A stretch of DNA of 32,000 bases, from contig NZ_CP076228.1 of the NCBI RefSeq assembly GCF_021378375.1, positions 690,001-722,000 of the forward strand. The letters run 5' to 3'. This DNA comes from Wolbachia endosymbiont of Drosophila innubila (GTDB taxonomy: Bacteria > Pseudomonadota > Alphaproteobacteria > Rickettsiales > Anaplasmataceae). Below, in pieces: positions 9,723 through 19,266 of this stretch. Under the pieces are notes generated by a model. That model was not told the origin of the DNA, ran no database searches, and saw nothing but the letters and a program-made list of their open reading frames with translations. Position 1 is the first letter of the stretch, and each line of letters starts with the position of its first letter. The translations under genes and the position numbers were made by a program.

Positions 9723-10493
9723 ATGCGTATATTATTAATTGAAGATGATCAAGTAAGTGCAAAGACTGTAGTTAACGCCTTAACTTCTGATGGACACTTC
9801 TGTGACGTTGTTACTTCTGCACAAGATTATAACAATAATATGGTTTCCTCAAACGGAGATTACTATGACCTAGTTATTTTAGATATACACTTACCTGGTG
9901 ATATTGACGGATATGATATATTGTTAAGACTAAGAAGTGCAAAAATCAAAGTTCCTGTCTTAATACTTTCATGCATATCCGCTGTCAATCACAAAGCTAA
10001 AGGACTCGGGTATGGTGCCGATGATTACTTAACCAAGCCATTTCATAAAAGCGAGTTATTAGCTCGAATTAAGGCCATAGTGCGTCGTACTAAAGGCCAT
10101 CCTGAATCGGTGATAAAGATTGGTAATATAAATATCAATTTTGATCACAGGGTTGTTGAGGTGAAAGGTAAAACGGTTCACCTTACTAATAAAGAGTATT
10201 CTATGATAGAATTGCTAGCACTGCGTAAAGGAACAGTACTAACAAAAGAAATGTTCTTAAATCATCTTTACAATGGCTTGGATGAACCTTCAGATAACAA
10301 GATAGTTGATGTTTTTATGTGCAAATTACGTAAGAAACTTGAAAGTGCAAATGATGGAAAAAGCCACATAGAAACCGTTTGGGGCAGAGGGTATGTTCTG
10401 AAAGAGTATATTGATGATGATGAATATTCTAATGTTAATGTAGGCGAAAGTAGTGATGGCTATCAAGCAGAACAAGTGAAGGACAACGCATGA
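9723..10493 (+). CDS. ctrA: Cell-cycle response regulator CtrA (OmpR-type)
   Basis: 256 aa; MRILLIEDD receiver, DLVILDIHLPGDIDGYD, winged-helix KEYSMIELLALRKGTVLTKEMFLNHLYNGLDEPSDNKIVDVFMCKLRKKL. Confidence 0.96.
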   Translation: MRILLIEDDQVSAKTVVNALTSDGHFCDVVTSAQDYNNNMVSSNGDYYDLVILDIHLPGDIDGYDILLRLRSAKIKVPVLILSCISAVNHKAKGLGYGADDYLTKPFHKSELLARIKAIVRRTKGHPESVIKIGNININFDHRVVEVKGKTVHLTNKEYSMIELLALRKGTVLTKEMFLNHLYNGLDEPSDNKIVDVFMCKLRKKLESANDGKSHIETVWGRGYVLKEYIDDDEYSNVNVGESSDGYQAEQVKDNA

Positions 10494-10547
10494 AATGCCT
10501 ACACATTTAAATATAGCATGGCTTATATCGCACGTATCATGTGAACG

Positions 10548-10895
10548 CCTAGGTGAAATATAAGCCGAGTTCTGTTTATGTAGCTATTTATCTGGAGTAA
10601 ATGTTACCATTTACCGCATGCGATTTACCCGAGTAGATATGAGGAAAACATAAAATCTACTTCTATTTAATCTTGCTCCTAGTGTTGGTTACTCGACTAC
10701 CAATGTTGCCATTGCCATGGTGTGCTCTTACCACACCTTTTCACCCTTACCTAAAAATATTTTAGGCGGTAATTTTCTGTAGCCCTATAACTGGAGTTAC
10801 CTCCGGCGGGCATTACCCGTCACTATTTTTCCTTGGAGCCCGGACTTTCCTCTGCTATGTTTATCACACAACAGCAGCTACTTATTTCACCTAGG
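10548..10895 (-). ncRNA. rnpB: RNase P RNA
   Basis: Reverse strand has the GAGGAAAGTCCGGGCTCC core, ACAGAA motif and 3' AACAGAACTCGGCTTAT; ends CCTAGGTGAAATA...TATTTCACCTAGG pair as P1. No ORF here. Confidence 0.93.
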
Positions 10896-11051
10896 AATTA
10901 TACTTTAACATGAAAATCACAAAAGCAAAAGACAATTTCCTAACAGTCTACATATTAAAAACATTTAGACAAATAGCTAAAGGTGATATTCCGGCACATC
11001 ATCACTATCCCAAGATAAGCTTTTTTCACTTTTAGACTCCGCTTCAGTTAG

Positions 11052-13178
11052 TCAAGAGCCTGGTCCACCGCTTGAAGACGATGAGCTACTTCTTGATCGA
11101 CTACTACTTTCTACTGATATACTATTTAGCACTGTTTCAGATTGATATATAGTTCGCATTCTGTTACCAGTGGTAAAAATTTCTTCATCGCTACTTGAAG
11201 ATGATCGCCTTCTATAACCCAAATCAGTTAGTTCTAATACAGGAGCAGCATTACGACCCTTAACATATCTATATGCTATGAATCCTATAATTCCAACAAT
11301 ACCTATTGCTCCAACCAAAGATCCCCCTATCATTCCTGCCTTATTAGACCCTATAGCAAGTTGAGTAGGTTGTGGTGAAGAAGTAGACTGAGGAAGTAAA
11401 GTCGTGGTGAATATAGGAGTTGTTGACTCTTTTGTTCTAGTACTTGGTATACTAAATACTGTTTGTGTAGTTTTCTCTGAGCTTGTTGTTGGCGCAGTTG
11501 GTTCCACTGTTACTGTGCTTGTTTGAGTCGTTGACTCTGTTGAAGGTTTATTCGTTGTAGAAGTAGGTGCAACGGCTTCTGTTGTTGGCTTCACTGTTAC
11601 TGTACTTGTTTGAGTCGTTGACTCTGTTGAAGGTTTACTCATCGTAGAAGTCGACGCACCAGTCGCTGCTGTAGATTTTACAGTACTTATTTCAGTTTCC
11701 GAAGGCACATTAGTTGACGTTGCAGTAATCGTGGTTGCTTGTGAAGTAGCAGTTGTTTTTGTTGCTGTTGTTGGCTCCACTGTTACTGTACTTGTTTGAG
11801 TCGTTGACTCTGTTGAAGGTTTATTCATTGTAGAAGTAGGTGCAACGGCTTCCGTTGTCAATTTAGTAGTCTTCACAGCGTCGGTTTCTGCTGTGCTAGT
11901 AATTGCAGCAGTCGGCGTCTTCTTAGAAGTCACAACCGTTTCTGCAACAGTTATAGGAGCCACGGTACTACTAGAAATAATATCTGGCGTTAATCGACCG
12001 TTAATGATATTAACAAAATCACTGAGAGTTTTGATGCTATTTGCCGGTATTATTGTTGCTTCAGAAGATTTTCCAGAGCCGTTTTGATTAAAAGTTACAA
12101 TATTTTCTCCACTTACCGCAGTTACGATAAAACCACCCTGACCGTTGCCTTTAATATATAATTGCTCTATAGGATCTGTAAATTGATAGATAGGAAAATC
12201 TGACACTGATCCATTTTTAAGTAGAGTTGCTATATGTAACCTCTGCTCATTAGCTGATTGGTCATTTTCAAGAAAAGCAACTAGATCATTTCCTTCCGTT
12301 TGTTCAACATACTGCAAAAAGCTTATTTCATGTTCTCTAGAAAGAGATAGTGCTTTATTATCTATTTGACCTTTTCGATTACCAAGTAAAAAGCCATTAA
12401 CTCTATCCTTCAGACCCTGAATCACTTTAGCCATATCAAATTTAAAAATACGTGTTTTTCTCACCTCTTGATTTTCCTTAGTAATCCTTTTGCTCACTTG
12501 CGAATAAAGCATCGTGTTTCCATTTAATGCCAATTGCCCCTGATTATCAAAATTGAACAATTTTCTTTCTGTAACACCTTTTTCTCCAGTCAATACCTTA
12601 AATTTTCCGCTCTCGCTTGACTTTAAGTACCAAGAAACTAAAGTTTGATCCTTTAAGTTATGGGCGATTACAATTACGTCACCATTACCAACTTTCACTG
12701 CTCTTGGTTGAAAGTAACTATTGCCCACATTTGCAAGACTATTATTATCAATATTCTTTTGTAATTTTCTTTTATCTAAATGTTCAACTGAAGGAGTATT
12801 AACTGATTGTTTAATTCCGTAAGTGTTAAAAGATAAGCCTTTAACGCATTTTTCTCCTTCTTCGCTAATTCCTTCTTCAGGAAAGATAACTCCAACTTTA
12901 TCTATTTCAGCTGAATCTTCTATTAATGTGAGAGATAATTGATCTTTGAATTCATTTGCTACGCTGATATTTGTACCACATTCGTATGTTTTTGATTGAT
13001 ATAATGGACTAATAAGTAATTTTACTTTACTGCTCCCATTACCATTATCTTGATAGCTGAGTCCGTAAGCAACTCCATTCCCCTCAATTAATTCTACGTT
13101 TGTTGGATTAAAACCTATCGCTTCTTTAATTTCCGGTGTATTTGAGTTGATCCCGAGCAATCTTCTTAATATAGACAT
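11052..13178 (-). CDS. Mucin-like Thr/Ser-rich protein with C-terminal TM segment
   Basis: 708 aa; non-repetitive N-terminal ~380 aa, then Thr/Ser/Pro-rich imperfect repeats (KPSTESTTQTSTVTVEPT x3), then TM segment SLVGAIGIVGIIGFIAY and a Ser-rich tail. Confidence 0.8.
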   Translation of the reverse strand: MSILRRLLGINSNTPEIKEAIGFNPTNVELIEGNGVAYGLSYQDNGNGSSKVKLLISPLYQSKTYECGTNISVANEFKDQLSLTLIEDSAEIDKVGVIFPEEGISEEGEKCVKGLSFNTYGIKQSVNTPSVEHLDKRKLQKNIDNNSLANVGNSYFQPRAVKVGNGDVIVIAHNLKDQTLVSWYLKSSESGKFKVLTGEKGVTERKLFNFDNQGQLALNGNTMLYSQVSKRITKENQEVRKTRIFKFDMAKVIQGLKDRVNGFLLGNRKGQIDNKALSLSREHEISFLQYVEQTEGNDLVAFLENDQSANEQRLHIATLLKNGSVSDFPIYQFTDPIEQLYIKGNGQGGFIVTAVSGENIVTFNQNGSGKSSEATIIPANSIKTLSDFVNIINGRLTPDIISSSTVAPITVAETVVTSKKTPTAAITSTAETDAVKTTKLTTEAVAPTSTMNKPSTESTTQTSTVTVEPTTATKTTATSQATTITATSTNVPSETEISTVKSTAATGASTSTMSKPSTESTTQTSTVTVKPTTEAVAPTSTTNKPSTESTTQTSTVTVEPTAPTTSSEKTTQTVFSIPSTRTKESTTPIFTTTLLPQSTSSPQPTQLAIGSNKAGMIGGSLVGAIGIVGIIGFIAYRYVKGRNAAPVLELTDLGYRRRSSSSSDEEIFTTGNRMRTIYQSETVLNSISVESSSRSRSSSSSSSGGPGS
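11498..11860 (-). repeat. Imperfect DNA repeats encoding the KPSTESTTQTSTVTV units
   Basis: Near-identical ~48-bp core CACTGTTACTGT(A/G)CTTGTTTGAGTCGTTGACTCTGTTGAAGGTTTA occurs three times (starting about 11503, 11590 and 11776). Confidence 0.85.
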
Positions 13179-13402
13179 AATTTTATTTAAAATATTAATA
13201 AAATGCTATTATGATTACTCCTGTGTGTTAATGTCAATGAAAATTTTAACTAAAATTAAAAAATTAATATAATATTTTATACTAAAAGGTAAATATAAGC
13301 TTGAAGAGGGCTAAGAAGCTTTATGCTATTTCTCAAAAAACCAACAATTGCAATCATTGGTTCTACAGGTATAATCTGTTAAAGTTCACACGAGTCTCAT
13401 GA

Positions 13403-13903
13403 ATGATAGAAAAAGAAGAGCAGTTTAGTTTTACATCAGAAAACCTCAAGAAAGCGGGAAAGTTTATAGAGATGTATCCCAAAGGTAGAGAAGGTAGTGC
13501 TGTTATGCCTTTACTATATCTGGTTCAAGAGCAATGCGGATGGGTTTCTGAATCTGCTATGCGTTATGTTGCTGATATGCTGCATATTCCACATATTCGT
13601 GTATATGAAGTGGCAAATTTTTACACCATGTATAATTTAAAACCAGTAGGCAAATATCTAATACAAATTTGTAGAACAACTCCTTGCTGGTTGTGCAATA
13701 GTGAAGAAGTTTTAAATACCTTTAAAAAAAAACTTGGAATCAATATCGGTGAGACTACTAAAGATAATTTGTTCACTTTAAAAGAAGTTGAATGCCTAGG
13801 TGCATGCGTTAATGCTCCCGTTGTGCAGATCAATAATGACTTCTATGAAAATCTTACTCCTGAGAAAGTAGAAAACATCATAACAGAACTTTCAGGCAAA
13901 TAG
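13403..13903 (+). CDS. nuoE: NADH-quinone oxidoreductase subunit E
   Basis: 166 aa; CRTTPCWLCNSEEV and EVECLGACVNAPVVQIN 2Fe-2S cysteine pattern of the 24-kDa subunit. Confidence 0.96.
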   Translation: MIEKEEQFSFTSENLKKAGKFIEMYPKGREGSAVMPLLYLVQEQCGWVSESAMRYVADMLHIPHIRVYEVANFYTMYNLKPVGKYLIQICRTTPCWLCNSEEVLNTFKKKLGINIGETTKDNLFTLKEVECLGACVNAPVVQINNDFYENLTPEKVENIITELSGK

Positions 13904-15118
13904 ATGAAAGAAGAATTTTCATTCAAGAGAATCAAGCAATCAGGTTCTGCAAGAGTTGGAACAATTAAAACTCCAAATGGAAGCGTAGAAACCCCCGCTT
14001 TTATATTCTGCGCAACAAAAGCTGCAATTAAAGCTGCAGATATTGAAAGAATAAGTGAAGCTGGTACCCAAATCATACTTTCCAACACCTATCACCTAAT
14101 GCTTCAACCAGGAGAGAATACTGTTGCAAAACTTGGTGGTTTGCGCAAGATGATAGGATGGAATGGGCCAATGCTAACTGACTCAGGTGGATATCAGATA
14201 TTTAGCTTAGGCCACGGATCAGTTTCGGAAGAGATAAAAGGAATAAGAAAAAAACAAAAAACTTTGATCAAAATTAATGAGGATGGGGCAATTTTCCGTT
14301 CTTACATTAATGGTAAAATTTATTGCTTAACTCCTGAAAAATCTGTACAAATTCAACAGAAATTAGGTGCAGATTTAATCCTAGTTTTAGATGAATGCAC
14401 TCCATTTCACGTAAGCAAAGAATACACAGCAAAATCAATGCTCATGAGCCACAGATGGGCTGAACGTTCTTTAAATGAATTTGAAAAAAACAATAATGGC
14501 AAGCAGGCACTGTATGGAATTAGTCAAGGCGGAGTGTATCAAGATTTACGTAGAGAAAGTTGTGATTTTATCAACGATTTGCCATTTTTTGGTCAAGCAA
14601 TAGGTGGATCACTTGGTCAAAGTAAAGAGCAGATGCATGATGTAGTTTCTTTCACTATGGACCACCTGAAAAAAGACAGGCCTACTCATTTGCTTGGTAT
14701 TGGTGGAATTGTGGACATCTTTCGCGGAGTAGAGCTTGGAATTGACACGTTTGATTGCGTGCATCCAACCCGCTTAGCAAGGCATGGTGGCGCACTTGTT
14801 AAAGTAAAAAACAGAAATTCTATTTCTTCAAAGTGCAAAGAGCATATTAATTTGCGGAATCAACGATTTGAGCTGGACAACAACCCAATTGAAAGTGACT
14901 GTTTATGTTTTACCTGCAGAAAACATTCAAGAGCTTATATACACCATTTACTGAAAGCTAAAGAGCTCCTGGCTTACACGCTCGTTACCATTCATAATAT
15001 TTTCTTTATGAATAAGTTAATGGCATCAATAAGGCAGGCTATATTAGATGATAGGCTAGATCGGGAGAAAAATAATTGGATTAGTGAGACACCACTACAC
15101 TGTGAATTATACACCTAG
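13904..15118 (+). CDS. tgt: Queuine tRNA-ribosyltransferase
   Basis: 404 aa; NTYHLMLQPG, MLTDSGGYQIFSLG, YGISQGGVYQDLR, GIGGIVDIFRGVELGIDTFDCVHPTRLARHG and zinc motif CLCFTCRKH. Confidence 0.96.
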   Translation: MKEEFSFKRIKQSGSARVGTIKTPNGSVETPAFIFCATKAAIKAADIERISEAGTQIILSNTYHLMLQPGENTVAKLGGLRKMIGWNGPMLTDSGGYQIFSLGHGSVSEEIKGIRKKQKTLIKINEDGAIFRSYINGKIYCLTPEKSVQIQQKLGADLILVLDECTPFHVSKEYTAKSMLMSHRWAERSLNEFEKNNNGKQALYGISQGGVYQDLRRESCDFINDLPFFGQAIGGSLGQSKEQMHDVVSFTMDHLKKDRPTHLLGIGGIVDIFRGVELGIDTFDCVHPTRLARHGGALVKVKNRNSISSKCKEHINLRNQRFELDNNPIESDCLCFTCRKHSRAYIHHLLKAKELLAYTLVTIHNIFFMNKLMASIRQAILDDRLDREKNNWISETPLHCELYT

Positions 15119-15254
15119 TTCATATTTTTCTACGCTTATTTTATATTCCCTAAAACAGAAAAAGCCTTCCTCTTCCTACTCTTTCTTCCTTGGCTAATCC
15201 ATAGTTAGCGTTTTTTGCACATGTGCGTTGCATTTGTTAATCTTCTTTAAAAAC

Positions 15255-15283
15255 TTGACAATACATGACAACACTGGTATGTT
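15255..15283 (+). promoter_or_regulatory. Candidate sigma70-type promoter
   Basis: TTGACA, 17-nt spacer, TATGTT, located 27 nt upstream of the 15310 start codon. Confidence 0.5.
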
Positions 15284-15309
15284 AAAAATATAGTTTTTGT
15301 GAGATATTT

Positions 15310-15627
15310 ATGGCTAACAATAAAGAAAAACATCAAATAGCGTTTTGCGTTTCAGCCGTTACATTCTTAGCTGGGTTATCATTAATCGCAACTGCAATTG
15401 CAGTGGGTACCGTACCTGCTATAGCTGCTTGTCTAGTGATAGGAGGAATTTTGACTGTCTTGTCTGGTGTGCAAGCAGTAGAAAGCTATTTATTTTTACG
15501 AAACAGCGAGAAAACTTTGAATAAACTGATAAGTAATATACGCGATGAACCAGAAAGCAAACTTTTTATAGAAAGGATTTTGCAACCGTTCATTGAATTT
15601 TTTAGTGAGCTTAAGCAACATAATTAA
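15310..15627 (+). CDS. Small two-TM membrane protein of unknown function
   Basis: 105 aa with two hydrophobic segments; promoter-like sequence upstream. Confidence 0.65.
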   Translation: MANNKEKHQIAFCVSAVTFLAGLSLIATAIAVGTVPAIAACLVIGGILTVLSGVQAVESYLFLRNSEKTLNKLISNIRDEPESKLFIERILQPFIEFFSELKQHN

Positions 15628-15633
15628 AGTACA

Positions 15634-16905
15634 CTAAGCTTTAAGCATAGAAACCACTTTATCGTAACTTGGCAATGATTCAATTTCTCCAATTGCAGCT
15701 AGAGTGGTTTTTTCATGCTGAGATAACAATTCTTCTGCTGCTTTTTTTACGTTAGCAGTGGTAATTGCACTAATTTTTTCTATTAATTCATTTTTACTGA
15801 TGTACCTATTATAGTTACCGTAGTAGTGTCCCAATGTTTCAGCACGTGAGCTAACACTTTCGCGTGACATTAAAATTTGGGATTTTACTCGCTCTTTCAC
15901 TCTATTTACTTCTTCTTCCTTCAGATCATCTGTAGACAACTTCTTCAACTCTGTCGTTATAGATTTTAAAAGCTTATCTAAGTTACTACTGTCTGTACCA
16001 GCAAAAATGGAAAATATTCCTGTATTAGTATAGCTGGAATTAAATGAATAAACAGAGTAAGCTAATCCCTGCTTTTCCCTTACTTCCTGAAATAAACGTG
16101 ATGACATTCCGCTCCCTAATATAGAATCAAGCACTTGAAACGTGTGATATTTATCGTCATGGCGAGAAACACTAGGTAGACCAATTAGCAAGTGTACCTG
16201 ATCTAATTTACGATGTTCTAAATACTCACCACCAGTACAGCTCGCATTTTGGCTTTTTTTCAGCTTTTTAGAATGAATCTTTGAGAGAAAATCTTTGGTT
16301 AATGCAACAACTTCTTCATGTTCAACATTTCCTGCAACGGCAAATAGCATATTCTCACCAAAGTAATGCTCATTTATGTAATTATCTAGATCTCCTCGAG
16401 TAAAAGATTTTACAGTATTTTGCGTGCCTAAGATTGACCTACCAAATGGTTGGTCTTTATAAGCTGCCTCAAAATATTTGTCGAAAATAATGTCACTTGG
16501 TGAATCATTAGTTTGAAAAATCTCTTGTATTACAACACCCTTCTCACGTTCCAATTCATCTTCTGGAAACGTGGAATTCATCAATATATCTATTAATATA
16601 TCAATACCAGTTTTTATGTCTTTCTTGAGGACTTTTGCATAATAGGTGGTGCTTTCCCTACCGGTGCTAGCGTTGAAAACTCCACCTATGTCATCAAAAG
16701 CTTTTGCAATTTCAAAGGCAGTTCTTGTCTTCGTCCCTTTGAAAGCCATGTGTTCTAAAAAATGGGATATTCCATTTTGCTTTGCACTTTCTGCTCTACT
16801 GCCAACACCAACTCGTATGCTTAAAGCTACGGAATCAATATCACGCACCTGCTCAGTTATTATGCGCAGACCATTATCTAATTTTGTTACCCGGGGTATA
16901 TTCAT
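15634..16905 (-). CDS. M16 family zinc metallopeptidase (processing peptidase-like)
   Basis: HFLEHMAFKGT (HxxEH motif), AYSVYSFNSSYTNTGIFSIFAG; start set at internal ATG (MNIPRVTKLDNGLR) rather than 16944. Confidence 0.93.
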   Translation of the reverse strand: MNIPRVTKLDNGLRIITEQVRDIDSVALSIRVGVGSRAESAKQNGISHFLEHMAFKGTKTRTAFEIAKAFDDIGGVFNASTGRESTTYYAKVLKKDIKTGIDILIDILMNSTFPEDELEREKGVVIQEIFQTNDSPSDIIFDKYFEAAYKDQPFGRSILGTQNTVKSFTRGDLDNYINEHYFGENMLFAVAGNVEHEEVVALTKDFLSKIHSKKLKKSQNASCTGGEYLEHRKLDQVHLLIGLPSVSRHDDKYHTFQVLDSILGSGMSSRLFQEVREKQGLAYSVYSFNSSYTNTGIFSIFAGTDSSNLDKLLKSITTELKKLSTDDLKEEEVNRVKERVKSQILMSRESVSSRAETLGHYYGNYNRYISKNELIEKISAITTANVKKAAEELLSQHEKTTLAAIGEIESLPSYDKVVSMLKA

Positions 16906-17522
16906 CTCATATATTCTTCTAAGTTCTCTTCTGCAAAATCCCAATTAATCAAATGATCAAGGAAAACTTTTATGTAGTCAATTCTACGGTTTTGACAATC
17001 TAAATAATAGGCGTGCTCCCACACATCCATAGTGAGTAGTGGCACTTGGCCATAAATTATTGGCAAATCTGCATTTGGAGTCTTGGTGATTTTGAGCTTT
17101 CCTAACCTACCTTTTTCGAGCACTAACCATACCCATCCACTGCCAAACTGGCTTACTCCATGACTCGAAAATTCTTCATAAAATTTATCAAAGCCACCGA
17201 TATCGTCTTGAATTTTTTTTGCTAGAAGACTACCATCTTTAGGCTTACCACCACCATTTTTTTTCATTGAATTCCAATAAAAAGTATGGTTCCAAACTTG
17301 TGCTGCATTATTAAATATAGGCAAGTTGCCGCTATTACCATGCACTTTTGTTATTAATTCCTCAATTGTTACATGTTGATAATCCGTATTTTCAACTAGC
17401 TCATTGAGTTTATTTAAATATCCTTTATGGTGCTTATCATAATGAAAATTTAAGGTTTTTGCAGATATATAAGGCTCCAAAGCTGTTTTATCGTATGGTA
17501 ATTCAGGTAAAGTAAAACTCAT
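16902..17522 (-). CDS. sodB: Superoxide dismutase (Fe-type)
   Basis: 206 aa; FTLPELPYDKTALEPYISAKTLNFHYDKHHKGYLNKLN, FNNAAQVWNHTFYW, MDVWEHAYYLDCQNRRIDYI. Confidence 0.95.
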   Translation of the reverse strand: MSFTLPELPYDKTALEPYISAKTLNFHYDKHHKGYLNKLNELVENTDYQHVTIEELITKVHGNSGNLPIFNNAAQVWNHTFYWNSMKKNGGGKPKDGSLLAKKIQDDIGGFDKFYEEFSSHGVSQFGSGWVWLVLEKGRLGKLKITKTPNADLPIIYGQVPLLTMDVWEHAYYLDCQNRRIDYIKVFLDHLINWDFAEENLEEYMR

Positions 17523-17870
17523 AAAAACCTCTTTATTTCTAACCTACTTGGATGGTAGGGCAATATATGCTTTTGTGCAACATATAATTAATAGCTAAAA
17601 CATTTAGATATCTATTGCATTATTCTAAATTATACTACAATAACGATTATCATATAAGCCATAGAAATGGATTAAATACAAAAGTTACTTAACACCCTTC
17701 GCCAACCCCCTTATCATGAAACTGAAGCTATTGTATTTGCTTTCGCCAATCTGCAGATTAAAAGGTAAGGATTACTTAATGTATCGGCGTCTTATGTTCA
17801 ATTTTTTACAGTATATAGATACTGTATGTCTTTACAAAACTTCATCTACATCTAGGTTTTTATCTAAATA

Positions 17871-18140
17871 AGCTGAACGCGCTTATAAAGCGTTACAAGA
17901 CATCAAAAAATGCCAATACTCGACAGAGATAGTAAAAGACTAGCTAACTCGGGGATTCTTTGTCTTTTTTTCTGCTTAGTAAATTTCTTAAACATTTGCA
18001 GCGTAAGTTAGTTGCAATTAAAAGCGGCTGAATCTCGCTTGTCAAGCGTTTAAAACATAAAAAACGCCAATATTTTAAAGCGGATAATAACCACGGGGCT
18101 TCTTTTGCCTTTTTTTCATTTGGTAAATTTCTTAATATTT
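17871..18140. repeat. Two diverged tandem copies of a noncoding repeat (~157-bp spacing)
   Basis: GCTGAAcgCGCTTatAAGCGTT..AAgACATcAAAAAatGCCAATA...GGGattCTTttgcCTTTTTTTC...GTAAATTTCTTAA from ~17871 recurs from ~18028. Confidence 0.7.
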
Positions 18141-18156
18141 ATGGCTAAACGACAAT

Positions 18157-18371
18157 CGTCATCCCGCTGCTTGTTAGCGGGATCTATGCTTTGAGATACC
18201 GCGAATGAATCGCGGTATGACGGTGTAGATGATGGTTAAGTATCCCGCTGCTTGTTAGCGGCTAAGAGATACCGCGAATGAATCGCGGTATGACGGTGTA
18301 ATGATGGTTAAGTAATTCGTCATTCCGCTACGTGTTAGCGGGATCTAGAGATACCGTGACGGTATGACAAG
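18157..18371. repeat. Tandem array of two alternating palindromes (Wolbachia palindromic-element type)
   Basis: CCCGCTGCTTGTTAGCGGG-type and ATACCGCG-AATGAAT-CGCGGTAT hairpins alternate for ~2.5 periods of ~75-81 bp. Confidence 0.85.
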
Positions 18372-18524
18372 GGAGAACAGTTGTATTCCTGCACAATTTA
18401 TTCTCATGACAAAAACGTCTTAACTTTCTCTCTACTTTTTCTGGGTAAGGTCAATTTTGTGAAAAAATGGATTGAATTATAGGTAGATTTGGCTATTATT
18501 TGTAATACATGGGTATTGGATAAA

Positions 18525-19266
18525 ATGTTTGAATTTAGTTCTGTGCTGCTAGCTCGAATTCAGTTTGCCTTCACAATAGGCTTTCACATTATATTTCCTG
18601 CTTTCACGATCGGGCTTGCAAGTTTTCTAGCCTTTTTGGAATGGTGTTGGCTTAAGACTGGTGATACACGTTTCCGTGATGTTTATAAATTCTGGATCAA
18701 GATTTTTGCCGTTGCTTTTGGCATGGGAGTGGTATCTGGAGTTGTAATGTCATATCAACTTGGTACCAATTGGTCGATTTTTTCTGACCGCATAGCCAAT
18801 GTTCTCGGCCCTCTATTTTCCTTTGAGGTTTTAACAGCCTTTTTTCTGGAGGCATCTTTTTTGAGTATTATGCTATTTGGATGGAATAGAGTAAGTTCTC
18901 GTATGCACTTTGCTTCTACTTGTATTGTTGCAGTGGGAACGCTTATTTCAGCTTTTTGGATTATTGCGGCCAACAGTTGGATGCAAACACCCGCTGGATT
19001 CACGATTGGTGAGAATGGTCTCCTATATCCAACCATGTGGTTAGAGATTATTTTTAATCCTTCTTTCCCTTATCGCTTTATTCATATGGTAACAGCAGCC
19101 TATCTTACAACAGCTTTTGTGGTTGGTGGTGTAGGAGCATTTTATCTTTGGAGAAAACGACATGCTCCTCAAGCAAGAATTATGCTTGGTATGGCAACCA
19201 TTATGGTAGCTTTAGCTGCACCATTTCAGCTGTTCATGGGAGATAGGCATGGATTAAATACACTAA
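18525..19266 (+). pseudogene. cydA: Cytochrome bd ubiquinol oxidase subunit I, 5' part, disrupted by IS
   Basis: MFEFSSVLLARIQFAFTIGFHIIFPAFTIGLASFLAFLEW...FQLFMGDRHGLNTL, then reads into IS sequence. Confidence 0.93.

Noticed and set aside
11893-12087. Plus-strand ORFs inside the mucin-like gene (also 12617..12802)
   Set aside because: Short, no family features, opposite to a 708-aa continuous ORF.
18157-18371. Repeated palindromes considered as a CRISPR array
   Set aside because: Only ~2.5 units, intervening sequences are themselves repeated rather than unique spacers, and there are no cas genes nearby.
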